The position numbers and the translations under genes were made by a program. Source: Lama glama (lineage: Eukaryota). From it: DNA of 64,000 bases. Shown piece by piece: positions 50,601 through 63,724 of this stretch. The notes under the pieces were generated by a model. That model was not told the origin of the DNA, ran no database searches, and was given only the letters and a program-made list of their open reading frames with translations. The stretch spans positions 47,742,001 to 47,806,000 of the forward strand of contig CM052817.1 of the NCBI GenBank assembly GCA_028534125.1, in the 5' to 3' direction. Numbering within the stretch: position 1 is the first letter of the stretch; every line of letters begins with the position of its first letter.

Positions 50601-51633
50601 GGTTCTCGTGTGTATTTTGTCCTTTAGCTGAACAACACAGACTCACTCATGGACTCACGCTTAATGCTGGCATCTGCTTAACTTATTCCCTAAACTGTTA
50701 GGGAGTCCTGGCCACAGAGTCAGCCTTCAAATGATCAACCCCTAAAGGAGTTCAATGTTGTTATTCATATTTTCTCAACCGCAAAAATACCACTGCCAGC
50801 TCCGGATACAGCTCCAATGACAGAGACGCACTACCTGCCCCACTACCTGCCAGTCATGTGATGCTGCACGAGCTATAAAATGTCCATGAACCTCATTTTC
50901 CTCATCTATAACATAGGGAGTAAAACCTGCAAGAGTTATCGCACAAAAGAAGAATAAGAAAAGTAATCTAACTGCCATGTGAAATTAAAGATTTTACACA
51001 GTCTTTTACATCTTCATCCTATCACAGCCTCATACTCCAGGTTGAGTTTCGAACATTAGAATATTTTTCAAGTTCTAAGTTTAGGAATGTGTGTGAGCTC
51101 TCACCAATATAAATCAGCCTAACTAAGAGTTATATACTGTAATTTTCTCCTCCAAAATGCATATTGAAGTCCTAAGAAAGATAGAGGGGAATGAACATTA
51201 ATCATTTTGATATGTCTCCCAAACAGTTACATGAAATTCCTACAAAGTTATTAGTTATTTTAACCTAGAAAGTACTCAACTTAGTCCCTTAATAACTGTA
51301 TGTATGATGGAATATTCTCTCAAATATGAGATGAAGTGCTAACAAATAAATATCTACAATCTAAGCCGTCAGTTTGACATGAAATTAATGTTTTATTTTG
51401 GATTCATATCATTTTCAAGTTCAATACATTTGTCTCAGTTGGTAATTAATAACCAGCTACACACATTTGCATACATGTTCTTCTTTTATTGTCTCTGCTT
51501 ATAAGCAGAAATGAAAACAACATTCTTTTGGAATGTCAGGGAAGTGGAAGTATGTTTCCTGAGGCTACTACAGATTTCTGTTTTGCTCTTTAGTTTATAG
51601 GCCATAGCATCCTGAGCACTTTTTAATAAACTT

Positions 51634-51707
51634 TCTTTCATTTTTATATTTTTTTATTGAAATATAGTTGATTTACAATATTGTATTAGTTACAGGTGTA
51701 CAGCATA
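51634..51707 (-). mobile_element. Very short L1 3' terminus with T-tail
   Basis: 'ttttattgaaatatagttgatttacaatattgtattagttacaggtgtacagcata'; degenerate TSD tgagcactttttaataaactt / tgagtactttaaatgactt. Confidence 0.8.
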
Positions 51708-51929
51708 TGAGTACTTTAAATGACTTCAAATATAAACATCTTTTATAATCTATCAAGGTCAAGTAATATATTTCTGTCGCATTCTATGAAAACTTAGAAA
51801 AGAATCCTATATATTCTATTTATAATCTTTCCACATATCTCACAATACATTAGAGCCAAGAATAGCTTCTCACTCCCTCTCTCCAATGTCATAGATATTT
51901 GCATTTTAACAAATTCTGTTTCAAGTGGT

Positions 51930-52107
51930 TTCAAATATTAACTTATTTAATCCCCACATCAACTGTGGTAGGTACTACTACTACTGTCTTTACTACTGAG
52001 AGAAAAAATGAAAATTGAAGTCAGATAACTTGCCTAAGAGTAAGCAGCTAGGAAATGACAAAGCTGGATTTGAACCCAGTCCTTCTGCACTCTTAACCTC
52101 TACACTA
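51930..52107 (-). mobile_element. MIR SINE
   Basis: 'aacttatttaatccccaca…taacttgcctaagagtaagcagctaggaaatgacaaagctggatttgaacccag…ctcttaacctctacac'. Confidence 0.85.
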
Positions 52108-53544
52108 AAATGTTCTATATTTGATCGAGACACAGCATCATATTATGAAAATCAGAGTCAGAGAATAAGTGTAGAAAGACTAACCAAAGTCAATTTATTT
52201 ATATCTTAGGTTCTTTTTGGCAAATGTCAGTATTTAAAGGCAACTGATAGATACAGATCACTTCTTCATTAGCCTCCCTACCAGGTCACGGTGAGGGCAA
52301 GTCTGACAAAATAATGTCATATATATAATGTCACATTATTATCAAATAAGAACAGAGCAACCACAAAGCCCGGCTCTTTGTCCTTTTATTGTTGCAGCAG
52401 CACCTGTATAAGTGGTACACCCCAGTAACAGTGACAATACTCTAGACACAAACTCTGATAAATTCCCAGGTCAGAAGCAGGAGTCCAGGAAAACTGTGAA
52501 GCTGTGGCTGAGCCCAGAATTATTTGAGAGTCAATGACTGAGTTCACAAGATCCTTATATCCCATCTCTGCAAGAGTAAGAGTCCATCTACATTATTTCT
52601 GGCCAATCTACTTATCATGAATATTTTAAATTTCACCCATCAAAAGCCACACCTACCATCAGCTAAGCTAACAGCTAACGCCTTTGGTGAGTATCAGGTA
52701 TGGAAATAGCTGAAACACTGTAGCAGCGTCCTCAAGAGGCTCTTAGAACTAATGCTAGCTGACCACCTGTCACATTTGTAGCCCCTATTAGAGAAGGTGA
52801 CATCTTCTAAGGTAGTAATTAAAATTTATGGAGACTATCAATGCTGAAGTATTTTAAAAATAAATTCAAAAACTTCTATTAGGTTTGTCTCTCATTTCCC
52901 TTAATTCTGGGGTCAGGCAGTGCCAGTGTTAAATACCCACTAAGTAAACTAAGTGTGTGCCTAAGTTGCCAGCAAAGCGGAGGTTTCCCCGAGAATAACA
53001 ATTTTCAGAGAAGTTAATATTTGGTATTTTTTTTAAAGCTTTAAAATAGTCAACAAGTGTTTTGATTCAATTTGTCATATGAGTTTATGGTTAAAGAAAA
53101 AAAAACAATGGCGTGGAGAAATATGGCCTTGGCCTAGCACATCGGGTCTTTAACAATCATAGTCCAGGTCTAGGAAGCACTAGCTGACCAAACTCACACA
53201 AGCATAAAACCCCACACACGTACATTTATCCAGGGTGGTTCTGCATTGCTTTCATGGATCTCTGTTTCTTAGTTACAGTTTCCTTTTACTTCATGTGACT
53301 TTATAACAGTGACAGATAGGCTCTCGGGGAGTAAGTTAACATAAGATGTGTAACTTTTTAATAACTTTATTCTGTTTTGTTTTTATAGAAAAGAAGATGC
53401 CTCTATTTTAAGAGGAAGTACAAATTTGTCCCAGGAGACATAATGAGAAAGCAATTTTTTTCTTTTTCAGGAAGTACATGGAAAGACCAAGTTTTCCTTT
53501 GTTGGCAATAGAGAGATTAAATGATAAATGGACTGTAGTAATAA

Positions 53545-54612
53545 AAAGGCAAATAATACAAAATAGGCAAAAGACCTGAATAGACACCTGAGAAAAAAAA
53601 GATACAAATGACCAATATGCACATGAAAAGAGTGCTCAACATCATTGCTCCTCAGGAAAATATAAAGTAAAACCGTCATGCTACACCACTACCATCCTGC
53701 CACAAAGGCTAAAACTTAAAAGGCTGAAAATATCAGACAGTGACAAGGATATGGAACAATGGAACTCTCACATATTGTTTGTGGGAGTGTACATGACATA
53801 ACCACTTTGGAAAATTATTTGTAACTTAATAAAATGAAGCATTCACCTATCACAGGACTTATTAGCAAGTCCATTTTAGATATTTGTCCAAGTAATACAG
53901 AAAAGACCTGTTTACAGAAATACTTGAATGATAATATGCAAAGCCAATTTGTAATAGCCGAGATCTGAAAGAAGCCCAAGTGTTCAACAGAACAAGAATG
54001 AGTAAACAAACTCCTTTATATTACTGGCAATAAAAGTTAAAGCATTACTGATACATCCAACAACGCAATGAATCTCAAAAGCTGCCTGAAAGAGTCTGAC
54101 AGGAAAGAGTGCATCTGTGATTCCTTTTGTCTGTAATTCTATAAGTAACCTATGGTGGAAAAAATCATCATAACACTAGTAGCCTCAGGATAGAGAATAA
54201 GGAATTGACTGAGTATAAAGGAACTTTCTGGAATGGCAATAATATTCTATATCTTAATAGGAGTTTGAGTTACACAGGTCAAAATGTAGTCAACGTACAC
54301 TTCAGATTTATACATTTAATTACACACAAGTTTTACATCAAAAGAAAAACTAAATAAATAGCAAATTCTACTTAATAAATTTCATTCTGAATTATTCAAA
54401 GGGAACTGTAGAGAGGTCTTTAGTTTTCACTGAAATATGCTAAAAAATAAGATGGAAGACTAGATGGATAAAGAGAAAAGCAAGTACATAGATACGTGAT
54501 AAAAAATAAGCACAGCGGAGTGTTAAAGGGAAAATCTAGGTGCTGAATATGTAAGTGCTGTAATGTTAAAGTCTTTTAATTTTGTTCTATGTGTGAAAGT
54601 TTTTATAATAAA
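53545..54612 (+). mobile_element. L1ME3-like ORF2 end plus 3' UTR
   Basis: 'cacatgaaaagagtgctcaacatcatt…ggaactctcacatattg…gggaaaatctaggtgctgaatatgt…tttttataataaa'. Confidence 0.8.
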
Positions 54613-54644
54613 TCCAAAATACAGAGCCTTTATAATATTTACAA

Positions 54645-55358
54645 TCTATTCATTCAACAAATACTTTTGAGCACTGAATGAGGATCAAATATTATTCAAG
54701 ATCTCAGAAATATGGAAATAAAGAAAAAAATCTTCACTCTGATGAAGTATACGTTTCTACTCTAGAGAGAAATGATTACTAAATAGATACATAGGTAATA
54801 TATAAGGTGGTGAGAAATTCTAAGAAAAATAATGCAAAATAAGGGAAGAAGTTGCAGTTTAGACACTGTTAATGGGAAAAGAATCTCTGATATGGTCACA
54901 TCTCAGTGGGAACCTAACGAAGGGAGGGAGTTTATCTGGGTTAATGGCATTCCAGACAGAGGCAACAGCAAATGAGAAGGCTTTGAAGTGACTGTGTATA
55001 TGGCCTATTGGAAAAAGTGCTCCAGTGTGGCTGAATCAAAGCAGAAATGAGATCGAAAATAAGATCAGAGAGATGAGGTAAGCAGAAGGATAGGGCAGAG
55101 GAGAAGCTTATGTAGTAGGGCTTATACACCATGGTTAGAAATTCAAATTTTATTTTGAGTAATATGGGAAGCCACTAAAAGGCTTTGAACAAAGGACCTA
55201 TAGGTTGATCCTTTTAAAATCTAAGTCAGATTCTAACTGTCATCTTGGTAATAAGACTAGGAGGAGACAGTTTTGATAATAAATCCTTGGTAATAAAAAT
55301 ACAGTGGAGAACAGTTCAGCCTCTACACAGCCAAAGTCCAGTCAAAAATAAAAGTGTT
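54645..55358 (-). mobile_element. L2 (3' part), split by the L1 at 55359
   Basis: 'tattcattcaacaaatacttttgagcact…attccagacagaggcaacagcaaatg…gggaagccactaaaaggctttgaaca'. Confidence 0.88.
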
Positions 55359-57443
55359 GGGGAGTGACACCACCAAGATGGCATCACAGGTTGTTCCTGA
55401 CTTTGCACTCCATCACGAGAGGAACAAGTAACAACTATCCAGAACGTAACACGACTCAGAGTATCCTAGAACACAGGGGTAAGGTTGAAGCACCTCCCTG
55501 CACCACAGAAACTAAGACAGACTACATCAGAAGGGTAAGAAAATGGCTACATATTGACTGAATTGCCCTTCCCCCCAGCCAGCACAGCACCACAGGTAGA
55601 AGTCTCCCTTGCACCTCCAGTTCCTCCAGTGGGAAAAGAGAACCTAGGGCCAGCGACAACCAGCAGCACGGTCCCCCACCCCCAGCACTGTGGGTCACTT
55701 TGTGGGAGCCCCTGCTCTGATCTCACGACACAGGGATTGCAAGGGAATCTGCAGGGCTCAATCATGGGGAATCTGACTGTGACAGGGAAGAGTGAAGGAC
55801 TTGAAACAACCAGCACAGGAAGATTGGCAGAGTTCGTATCTGCAGTGCCCAAGTAGTAGTCCCAACCAGAAGCTTTGCTCATCTGTAGAACCAAGTCAGG
55901 GTGCACTCTGACCAGGAATTAAACAGGGTACAGATCTGCCTGATTTGGATTCTCAAACAAGTTTTGCTGGCCCTAGGGCATGGAGTATCATGCCTAGGCA
56001 AGGAGCTGAATCACAGCCCCACCAACTGCAAAGAATGTCTTCTGGCCCTGTCTGACCAGAAGGGCTGGAAGAAAACTCCAGCAGCACTCAAGCTGAGAAG
56101 TGGACAGGCAGAGCCAATAAGCAGCTTGAGCGCAACAAGGAAGAGCTTTATCAGCTTTAGCGCTGCTTCTCTTGTTACACTTGCACAGGAAATTGAATTT
56201 CACAGCCCTGCTCATTGCTGAATACAGCCTTCTGCCTTTCTGGCCAAAGAAAGCACACAAGAGCAAACAAGAAGATGCACAGTCCACTCATGAGCTCTAT
56301 GTACAGTAAAATTTGAACACAGAACATAGAGAATGGCTTCTCCCACCTGCAGAGAAAAACTCGTGTTCTCACCTGACTAGGGAATTCAGTGCACGCCTCC
56401 TGATTTAAAACTGTTTGATAAAGCTATGGTAATCAAAACAGTATAATACAGGCATAAAAATAAACAAACAGACCAATGGAACAGAAGAGAGACCAGCAAT
56501 CAACTCAAGCATATACGATCAACTAATACTTGTCAAGGGAACAAAGAATACTCAATAGAGAAAAGATACTTTCTTCAATAGATGGCACTGGGATAATTGG
56601 ATAATCACATGTAAAAGAATAAAACTGAACCGACCCATATCTTACACTACTCACAAAAATTAACTCAAAATGGATTAAAGAGTTAAATGTTAGACCTGAT
56701 ATCATGAAACTCCTAGAAGAAAACTTAGGAGTAAAACTCCTTGATATGGGCCTTGGTAATGAATTTTTGGATATAGCTAAAGTACAAGCAACAAAATCAG
56801 AAACAAATGGGACTACATAAAAAGCTCCTGCAAAGCAAAAGAAACTATCAATGAAGTGAAAAGACAACCTGCAGAATGGGAAAAAAATATTTGCAAACCA
56901 TGTATCTGATAAGGGTTTAATATTCAAAATATATAAAGAACTCATACAACTCAATAGAAAACAGATTAATAACTCAGTTTAAAAAATAAGCAAAGGACCT
57001 AAAAAGACATTTCTTCAAAGAGATATCTAAAAGGTCAACAGTTAAATGAAAAGATGCTCAGCATCACTAGTCATTAAGGAAATGCAAATTAAAAGCACAA
57101 TAAGGCATCATCTTATGCCTACTAGAATGGCCATCATTGAAAAACAAGGAATAACAAATGCTGGCATGGTTGTTGAAAGAAGAGAACACTTGTGCACTGT
57201 TGATGGGATTGTAAGTTGGTACAACCATTATGGGAAATAGTATAGAGATTCCTCAAAAGGTTAAAAATAGAACTACTATATGATCTTGAAGTTCCATTTC
57301 TGGGAATATATCCAAGAGAAATAAAAACGTTAATTGAAAAGGTATCTGCACCCTCCATGTTCCAGGAGTATTATTTATAATAGCCAAGACATGGTAACAA
57401 CCTACATATCCATCAATGAATAAATGAGGAAAGAAGTTGTGAT

Positions 57444-57481
<38 letters not shown>

Positions 57482-58014
57482 GAGTATTATTCAGCCATGA
57501 ACCATGGGGGAAAGCCTACCATTTGCAACAACGTAGATGGACCCTGAAAGCATTACGCTAAGTAAGTTAAGTCAGACAAAGACAAATACTGTATGACCTC
57601 ACTTATATGTGGAATCTAACAAAACAAAACAAACTCATAGCAAAAGTGATCAGACTAATGATCAGAGGCAGAGAATGAGGGGAGATGGAATTGGAAGAAG
57701 CTGGTCAAAAGGTACAAACTTCCAGTTTTAAGTACTAGGAATGTAACATACAACATGATGACTATAGCTAACACTGCTCTCTGACATACAGGAATACTGT
57801 TAGAGTAAATCCTGAGTTCTCATCACAAGGAGAATTTTATTTTCCTTTTTTCTTTCTTTTCATTTTATTTTTATCTCTTTGAGAAGATAAACATTAACTG
57901 AATGTACTGTGTTAATTATTTCACAATATACATAAATCAAGCCGTCTTGCTACATGCCTTAAATTTCTACAATGATGTTTATCAATTACTTCTCAATAAA
58001 ACTGGAGAAAAAAA
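55359..58014 (+). mobile_element. L1 with both termini but a large internal deletion (5' UTR joined to ORF2 C-terminal region)
   Basis: Starts 'ggggagtgacaccaccaagatggc' (YY1-type CAAGATGGC). About 1 kb of GC-richer 5' UTR, then 'cacgcctcctgatttaaaact…aaagctatggtaatcaaaacagta' (ORF2 LPDFK region) at ~56392. Ends 'ctcaataaaactggagaaaaaaa'. Confidence 0.88.
57448..57479. repeat. (AC)16 microsatellite in the L1 3' UTR
   Basis: Perfect AC run. Confidence 0.92.
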
Positions 58015-58640
58015 CCTAAGGAGTCTTTGGTTAGGATAGTTTTAATGGAAATGGTAAGATTGTGTCCAGACACCAGATACGATTCTGGACATGTGCAAAT
58101 AGTAGAGCTGACAGAACTTCCTCATGGGTTACATGTAGGGTACGAGAAAAACAGAGGAAGGGTAAAAATGACAAATGGAGTTACCACATACTGAAATGGG
58201 AACTACTGAAAGGAAGGGCAAGACTAGAGCAGGGATGAGGTCCTGTCAAATTTGACAAGTCTTTGGGACATCCAAGTGAGAAGTCAATAGGCAGTTAGAT
58301 AAAGCAAATCTGCCATTCAGAGAAGTGGTTGGTGCTGAAGCCATGGAACTGGGTGAGGTCACCTGGGGAGCACAGGTAAACTGACTAGCAGGAAGGAGCA
58401 GGTCTAGTACGTAGCTCCAAAGCACTTCAACTTTTAAAAGTCAGGAAGATGAAAATCCTGCCCCACCCCCCACCAAGGAGATGAAGAAGAAATGGCCAGC
58501 ACAATAGGAAGGCAAGGAAGAGAATGCGTCCTGAAGTTAAGAATCTGTCTCAAGGAGAAGAGCGATGTCTCAAGGAGAAGAGAGAAATAAAATGTGCCCA
58601 GTGCTGCTGACAGATCAGGAAAGGACAGTAACTGACCTTA
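58015..58640 (-). mobile_element. L2 continuation
   Basis: 'gattctggacatgtgcaaatagtagagctgacagaacttcctcatgggttacatgtagggt…gacatccaagtgagaagtcaataggcagttagata'. Confidence 0.85.
58546..58585. repeat. 20 bp tandem duplication inside L2
   Basis: tgtctcaaggagaagagcga / tgtctcaaggagaagagaga. Confidence 0.88.
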
Positions 58641-59334
58641 TTCTGCCACTTAAAGCTTATCAGTGACTTACTGTAAATACAAATCACTATAGTATGTACT
58701 TTTCAATCCAATTTTTTAAAATTCTTCTACCATTTATCCTTCAATATTATATTTAAATATTCTTTGGCCTGCTTTTTTCTTTAGTTCAAACTATGTTAAT
58801 TTCAGTGCTTACCCTTGAAACTGAGTCTTCCCAAATAATGGTGAAAAGAATCTTAATGATGAATGTTCTATCTTCCTCTAGAGCAACAGGAAAGCAGACA
58901 GTATTCTGTATCATAAAACCACCTAAGGTAAGGTAGTAACTTGAAAACATCTGCAAAAGGGTTCATCTTACTTTCCTGTCCTATGTGAAGTCTTGTATGA
59001 ATGTATGATTCTCTTCTATTTATCCAATTATAAAAATGTCCTTAAAGTATTATTTACAAAACTATATTAAAAGTGTGCCAACATATTGCTGAAGAGATTA
59101 TTTCTAATGTTCTGAGAAATAGTACCTGTACCTAAAAGTTTTTGGGTTTTGGATAATTTTTTATCATGGTAGTGATATTAAAATATTTCTATTTTCTAAA
59201 AGCTTAAACAAAAATGGGGCATTCTAAGCCAAAAGAGCTGTAGATTTCCTTCTCCCTTTATTGATAAAGATGTAATACATCTCATGACTCTGCTAAATTC
59301 CTTCAAAGAGTCTTGTCTCCTTTAAAATAATAAT

Positions 59335-59505
59335 GTCCTTGACCAGAACTTTTAGGTGAAGGGGCAGAGATAGAAGCCTGATTGGAGTAGACACACGAGA
59401 GAATGGGAAGAAAGGAATCCGACAGTAATAAAGGCAACTCATTCAAGGCGTTTTAGTAAAGAGAGAGCAGAGAAATGGAGCATTTGCTGAAAGAGGATGT
59501 GGGTA
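59335..59505 (-). mobile_element. L2 fragment
   Basis: 'ccttgaccagaacttttaggtgaagggg…aagcctgattggag…caactcattcaaggcgtttt'. Confidence 0.7.
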
Positions 59506-59507
59506 GA

Positions 59508-59628
59508 GCAGGGTAGGAGGGTTCCCTTATCTCCACACCCTCTCCAGCAATTATTTGTAGATTTTTTTGATGATGTCCATTCTGACTGGTGTGAGGTGTT
59601 ACCTCATTATAGTTTTGATTTTCATTTC
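59508..59628 (-). mobile_element. Short internal L1 fragment without tail
   Basis: 'ggagggttcccttatctccacaccctctccagca…cattctgactggtgtgaggtgttacctcattatagttttgattttcattt'. Confidence 0.85.
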
Positions 59629-61089
59629 CACAGTCTTGAACAAAGTCTTCTCTACCTGTTTAATTCCATCTGGTATAACTTCTCATTAACATTACTCATT
59701 AATGAACATACTCTATTACAATATCTTGAATAAAACCATCTCCTTAACTGTCCAGTATGTTTGTCTTTTACAACTTCAGGATTATGGAAAGAAATTATTA
59801 TTGTGTAAAACTGTAGGTATAGATTTAGAAAAGTATAGAAAATGGAAGCAAATAAGCATTTATGCAAAGATAAGTCTTAAAAGTGGCTAAACAAATCCAC
59901 AGCATTGTTTCTTTCTCTTCATATCTGCTCCTCCAACCTGAAACTGAGCACTTTAATTCTGTTGGGCTTTTAGACACCCCTCTATAATGAAGTCTTGCTG
60001 GACTTCAATCAACCCCTAGTACTCTGGATAAGTAGTGAAAGTAGAAACCTTTCCTCCAAATAGTTCGAATGACAAAAGGTGGGACAGATGCTAAAAATTT
60101 TTAATAGCTCCATTTGCTAGATCACATTTCCTGCTCATGTATAAGACACCCTCTTCAATTATTTATAATGCCTCTTTACAGACAGAAGGTAAGGAAGTCT
60201 TCCATGAAATGTGCAAAATAAATGCAATCAAATTAAATACACTTTTTCTTCTTATAGAGAAACAAAATAAAGAGTGCTGTTAACACCTAAATGGATTAAA
60301 TTGGCTTCCTCTTAGCATAACAACTAACACGAAAACTGTCCTATGTACAATGGGTTGGAAGGTTAGGAGTTTCCCTCATTAGCATTTTAATAACTTAATG
60401 GTCAATGAAATGACTGTTGGCCATCTTCCATCATCTTTATATTCACTTGAAAGACACTTGAGAAAAAATAACTTAACACTGCCTTTTTAGGCATTTGTAA
60501 CGTTTGCCATTAGACTAGAAACTAGTAACTACATCCTATAGCAATTAACAGGATAGAAAATGAATCAGTTTTATGCTAGTTTAGTCAGATTAACAGTTGA
60601 CAATATTGACAATTCAACATCAACTTTCTACTTAGCTGTCCTTGTTTCAAGTTTTTAATTTCCCTTTTGCTATTGCTCTTCTGCCATTCCAACATTTCTT
60701 ATCTAGGCAAAAAGCTAACCCTCAGAAGACACAGGGACTCTCTTAAAATCCAACTCTCTGAACTCAGACTATTGTTTCCTAAATTTTAATATTTACAAAG
60801 ATCTTATTTCATGTGCCATATTTTTTGACTCATCTACGTTATATTATAAAAGTTTATTCCGAGGGCCAAGTATTTTTTTTTTAAATGACCTAGATATGCT
60901 AAAGTACTCTACCCACCCAAGATCAAAAGACTAGTTTGGCTGAAAATCAGTAAGCAAAGGAAGGAAAACTACAGTGTGACTACATACTGGGGACCATACA
61001 CTGATGATATACACTGGAGATACAAACTGAGTCCAGACCACCATTGGAACAGGAAAGCAATGGAAGTCCCTGAAGAATCAGGAAACAGA

Positions 61090-61250
61090 ATGCAATGTAC
61101 TTTCTAAAAATTCTCTCTGGTTGTCCTATGGGAAATGGAAAGAAGGCAGGCAAGAGTATATAGGGAAGTCATTAGGAGACTGTCAAGTAATCAAAGAAAT
61201 GACTGGGCCTGGATTAAAGTGATGACAAAAGATATAAAGGGGAGTGAATG
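61090..61250 (-). mobile_element. L2 fragment
   Basis: 'ttctctctggttgtcctatgggaaatgga…cattaggagactgtcaagtaatc…ggcctggattaaagtgatgac'. Confidence 0.65.
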
Positions 61251-61257
61251 GATTAGA

Positions 61258-61430
61258 GATGGGCAAGTTTGCCTCTGAGCGCCAATTTTGTCTTCTGGAA
61301 GGTTGGATTATTAATACACTCTTCCTCATAATACTTCTGTTAGGATTAAATGAGGTAATAATGTGTGTAAAATGTTCAGAAGCATCCTTGGCACAGAGAA
61401 AGAGCTTAATAAAGGTTATCTATTGCCATC
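61258..61430 (+). mobile_element. MIR SINE
   Basis: 'tgggcaagtttgcctctgagc…taggattaaatgaggtaataatgtgtgtaaaatg…cttggcacagagaaagagcttaataaagg'. Confidence 0.8.
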
Positions 61431-63191
61431 ATTATAATAATAATCGCCTTAGAAGTAGACATGATGGGACTTGTTGATAGCTTTTTAAAAAAATATGTGA
61501 TCTACTATGTGATGGGCACCATTATCATCAGAACTTGTGCCAACTTGATCGATTTAGCTAGAGTCTAGTGGAATCAGGCCCATACGTTTTCCTCTATGCC
61601 ATAGCTTCAAGGTGTATATTCAGCTTTTTATTAACATGTTTACATTTTTTCAGCTATAGCAGGTATGAAATTTACTCTTCAGCTCTGAGACAAAGAGATG
61701 ATATATTTTGTTTCTCTAGATCTATTGAAGTCTGTTCTGAATCTTCACACTCTTGACCAGTAAAAAATTCAATCTCATTGTAATTTGGAGGGGCCCTTCT
61801 CTAAAGTGAGGCAAGAACTCCAGGGTCTTACTTATTCTAAAACATTCAACAAGAACCTTTCATGAGGCCACACTTGAAAAGCTCTGTGGTCACTATGAAG
61901 GAAACACTGCTGTTTTGCTGGACATCTTGAGTACCACGATCTCTGCCAAACAGGGAAGTCAGATCCATAGATTCACTGTAAGCAGCTCTTGGTCTCATCT
62001 GAGGTTCTGCTACCTCCCTGGGGCACTGCCTAGAAACCAACAGCTGAATCCCACAAGCGTCCCATATAATCTGAGAATCTTTCTCAGTTTTTGATATTTC
62101 TACCTCCTCTGTTATAAGCACCACAATCTATTTCCTCCCCCTTCTCTTCCTCATTGTTCAAAAGACATTACTATTCTGTTTTACTTACATTTAACTTATA
62201 TGTAAAAAGAACCACCAATTTCTAAGTGTTCAAGAACTCAGGACAATGGCAGGAAATGGGGTCTTCCTGGCCATTCACCATGTGACAAATGGCTTCATCT
62301 ATGAACTTATAGCCTTGCTAAGAAGTGTGCTGGAGCTGGCAAGCTTTAGGTCCTTATACTCCCAGGAGATCATTTATGTAGGGTTACCAAAGAGAGGAGG
62401 AAAGTACATGAGGTAGTCTCCAGTCTTTCTATCTTGCATTGTATCATGGGAGTATCTCCCCACTTGCTCCCTTGTCAAATATTCTCAAACAAATGAAGCC
62501 CACTCAGCAGTGTTCCAGAGAAGAAAACGAAAATATGCAACAAGTCATTTCTGCCAACATGGGTATAAATCATGAAAACTGGCCATGTTTTGTTGAGAAG
62601 CACTATCCAGGCCACATCCACAAAGTTTGATGAAATACGTACATTACTTCTATTATTTTGTCCTAAGACTGGGAAAGGGGGTTAGGAATTTCCATTCTTG
62701 TTGAAACCATTAAAACAATTTAAACAAAGAAGACTTAACAGAACCCTGAGAACCCAATGGAAATAATCTTGGATGATTATTTAATGCTATCTTAAATGGA
62801 AAATAAAAATACTGTTACAACCCATCTGACAGATGACTTAGCATTTTGAACTTTCTAAAAAGGTAATCTGTGTCTTAGGAAAACAACAAGCAGAAGGGAG
62901 TCTCCTCCGATATTTGGCCAAGGGTTCTCCTAAAACATACGTCTTTTTCAAACCCCCTAAACCAGTTAACTGAGAGACTTTTAACGGTTCTTAACAGGAC
63001 CTTCTCTCTTCCTCACCTCCTGCTGACTCAGACCTCAACAGCAGTTTGGCCTCTGCCCCAGTATTTCACGGGGCCGGTTCTCACAAAGGTAGGTAGTTTA
63101 ATTCTCCTTAATGGGCATGAAGCACAAGGCTCTTTCTCTGGGGAGCAAGAGAAAAGGTAAAAGAATAGCTCAGACCTTCACTCAATTCTGT

Positions 63192-63500
63192 CAACAACCT
63201 AAATGCCTACTGACAGGAGAATGGATAAATAAAATATGGCATATCCATGTAAATAGTTACATAGCTATAAAAATGAATGAAGTAGAGTTACTAGTATCAA
63301 CCCAAGAACCCCCAAATCATTGTTTTTGCAGAAACAAAAGGCACATTGCAAAAAGTAGCCTACAGTGTTGATAGTATGTAAGTACAGAAACGTACAAAAT
63401 GATATTGTTTGGTAATCATTCCAAATAGAAATACTAACATTGATTGGAGTGAAAAAATGTAAAATAAAAAAGTGATTATGCTAGTTACCTCAAAGGTAGG
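63192..63500 (+). mobile_element. L1ME-type 3' UTR fragment
   Basis: 'caacctaaatgcctactgacaggagaatggataaataaaatatggcatatccat…aaaatgaatgaagtagagttac'. Confidence 0.75.
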
Positions 63501-63724
63501 AGAATGAAGCACTTCTCTCTGATCACAACTTTTTACGTGACATGGATTTTAATTAGGTAACTCTATGTACCTCCCAATATGTTTGGAATAACTCATAATA
63601 GAGTTTAGACCAAATTTAGACCCTTCTTTCATAAAAGTAAGGAAGGGATGAAAAAAGGAGATATTAGTGCTATTGTGGCCTTTCTTCATATTGCTCCCTG
63701 TTTCACTCATGGTTAAACCAAAAC

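Noticed and set aside
55547..56372. Cluster of ~65-120 aa ORFs in GC-richer DNA
   Set aside because: They lie in an L1 5' UTR, where higher GC lengthens chance ORFs; no recognisable protein.
61846..62124. 92 aa minus ORF and an overlapping open plus frame
   Set aside because: No recognisable homology or convincing splice context.
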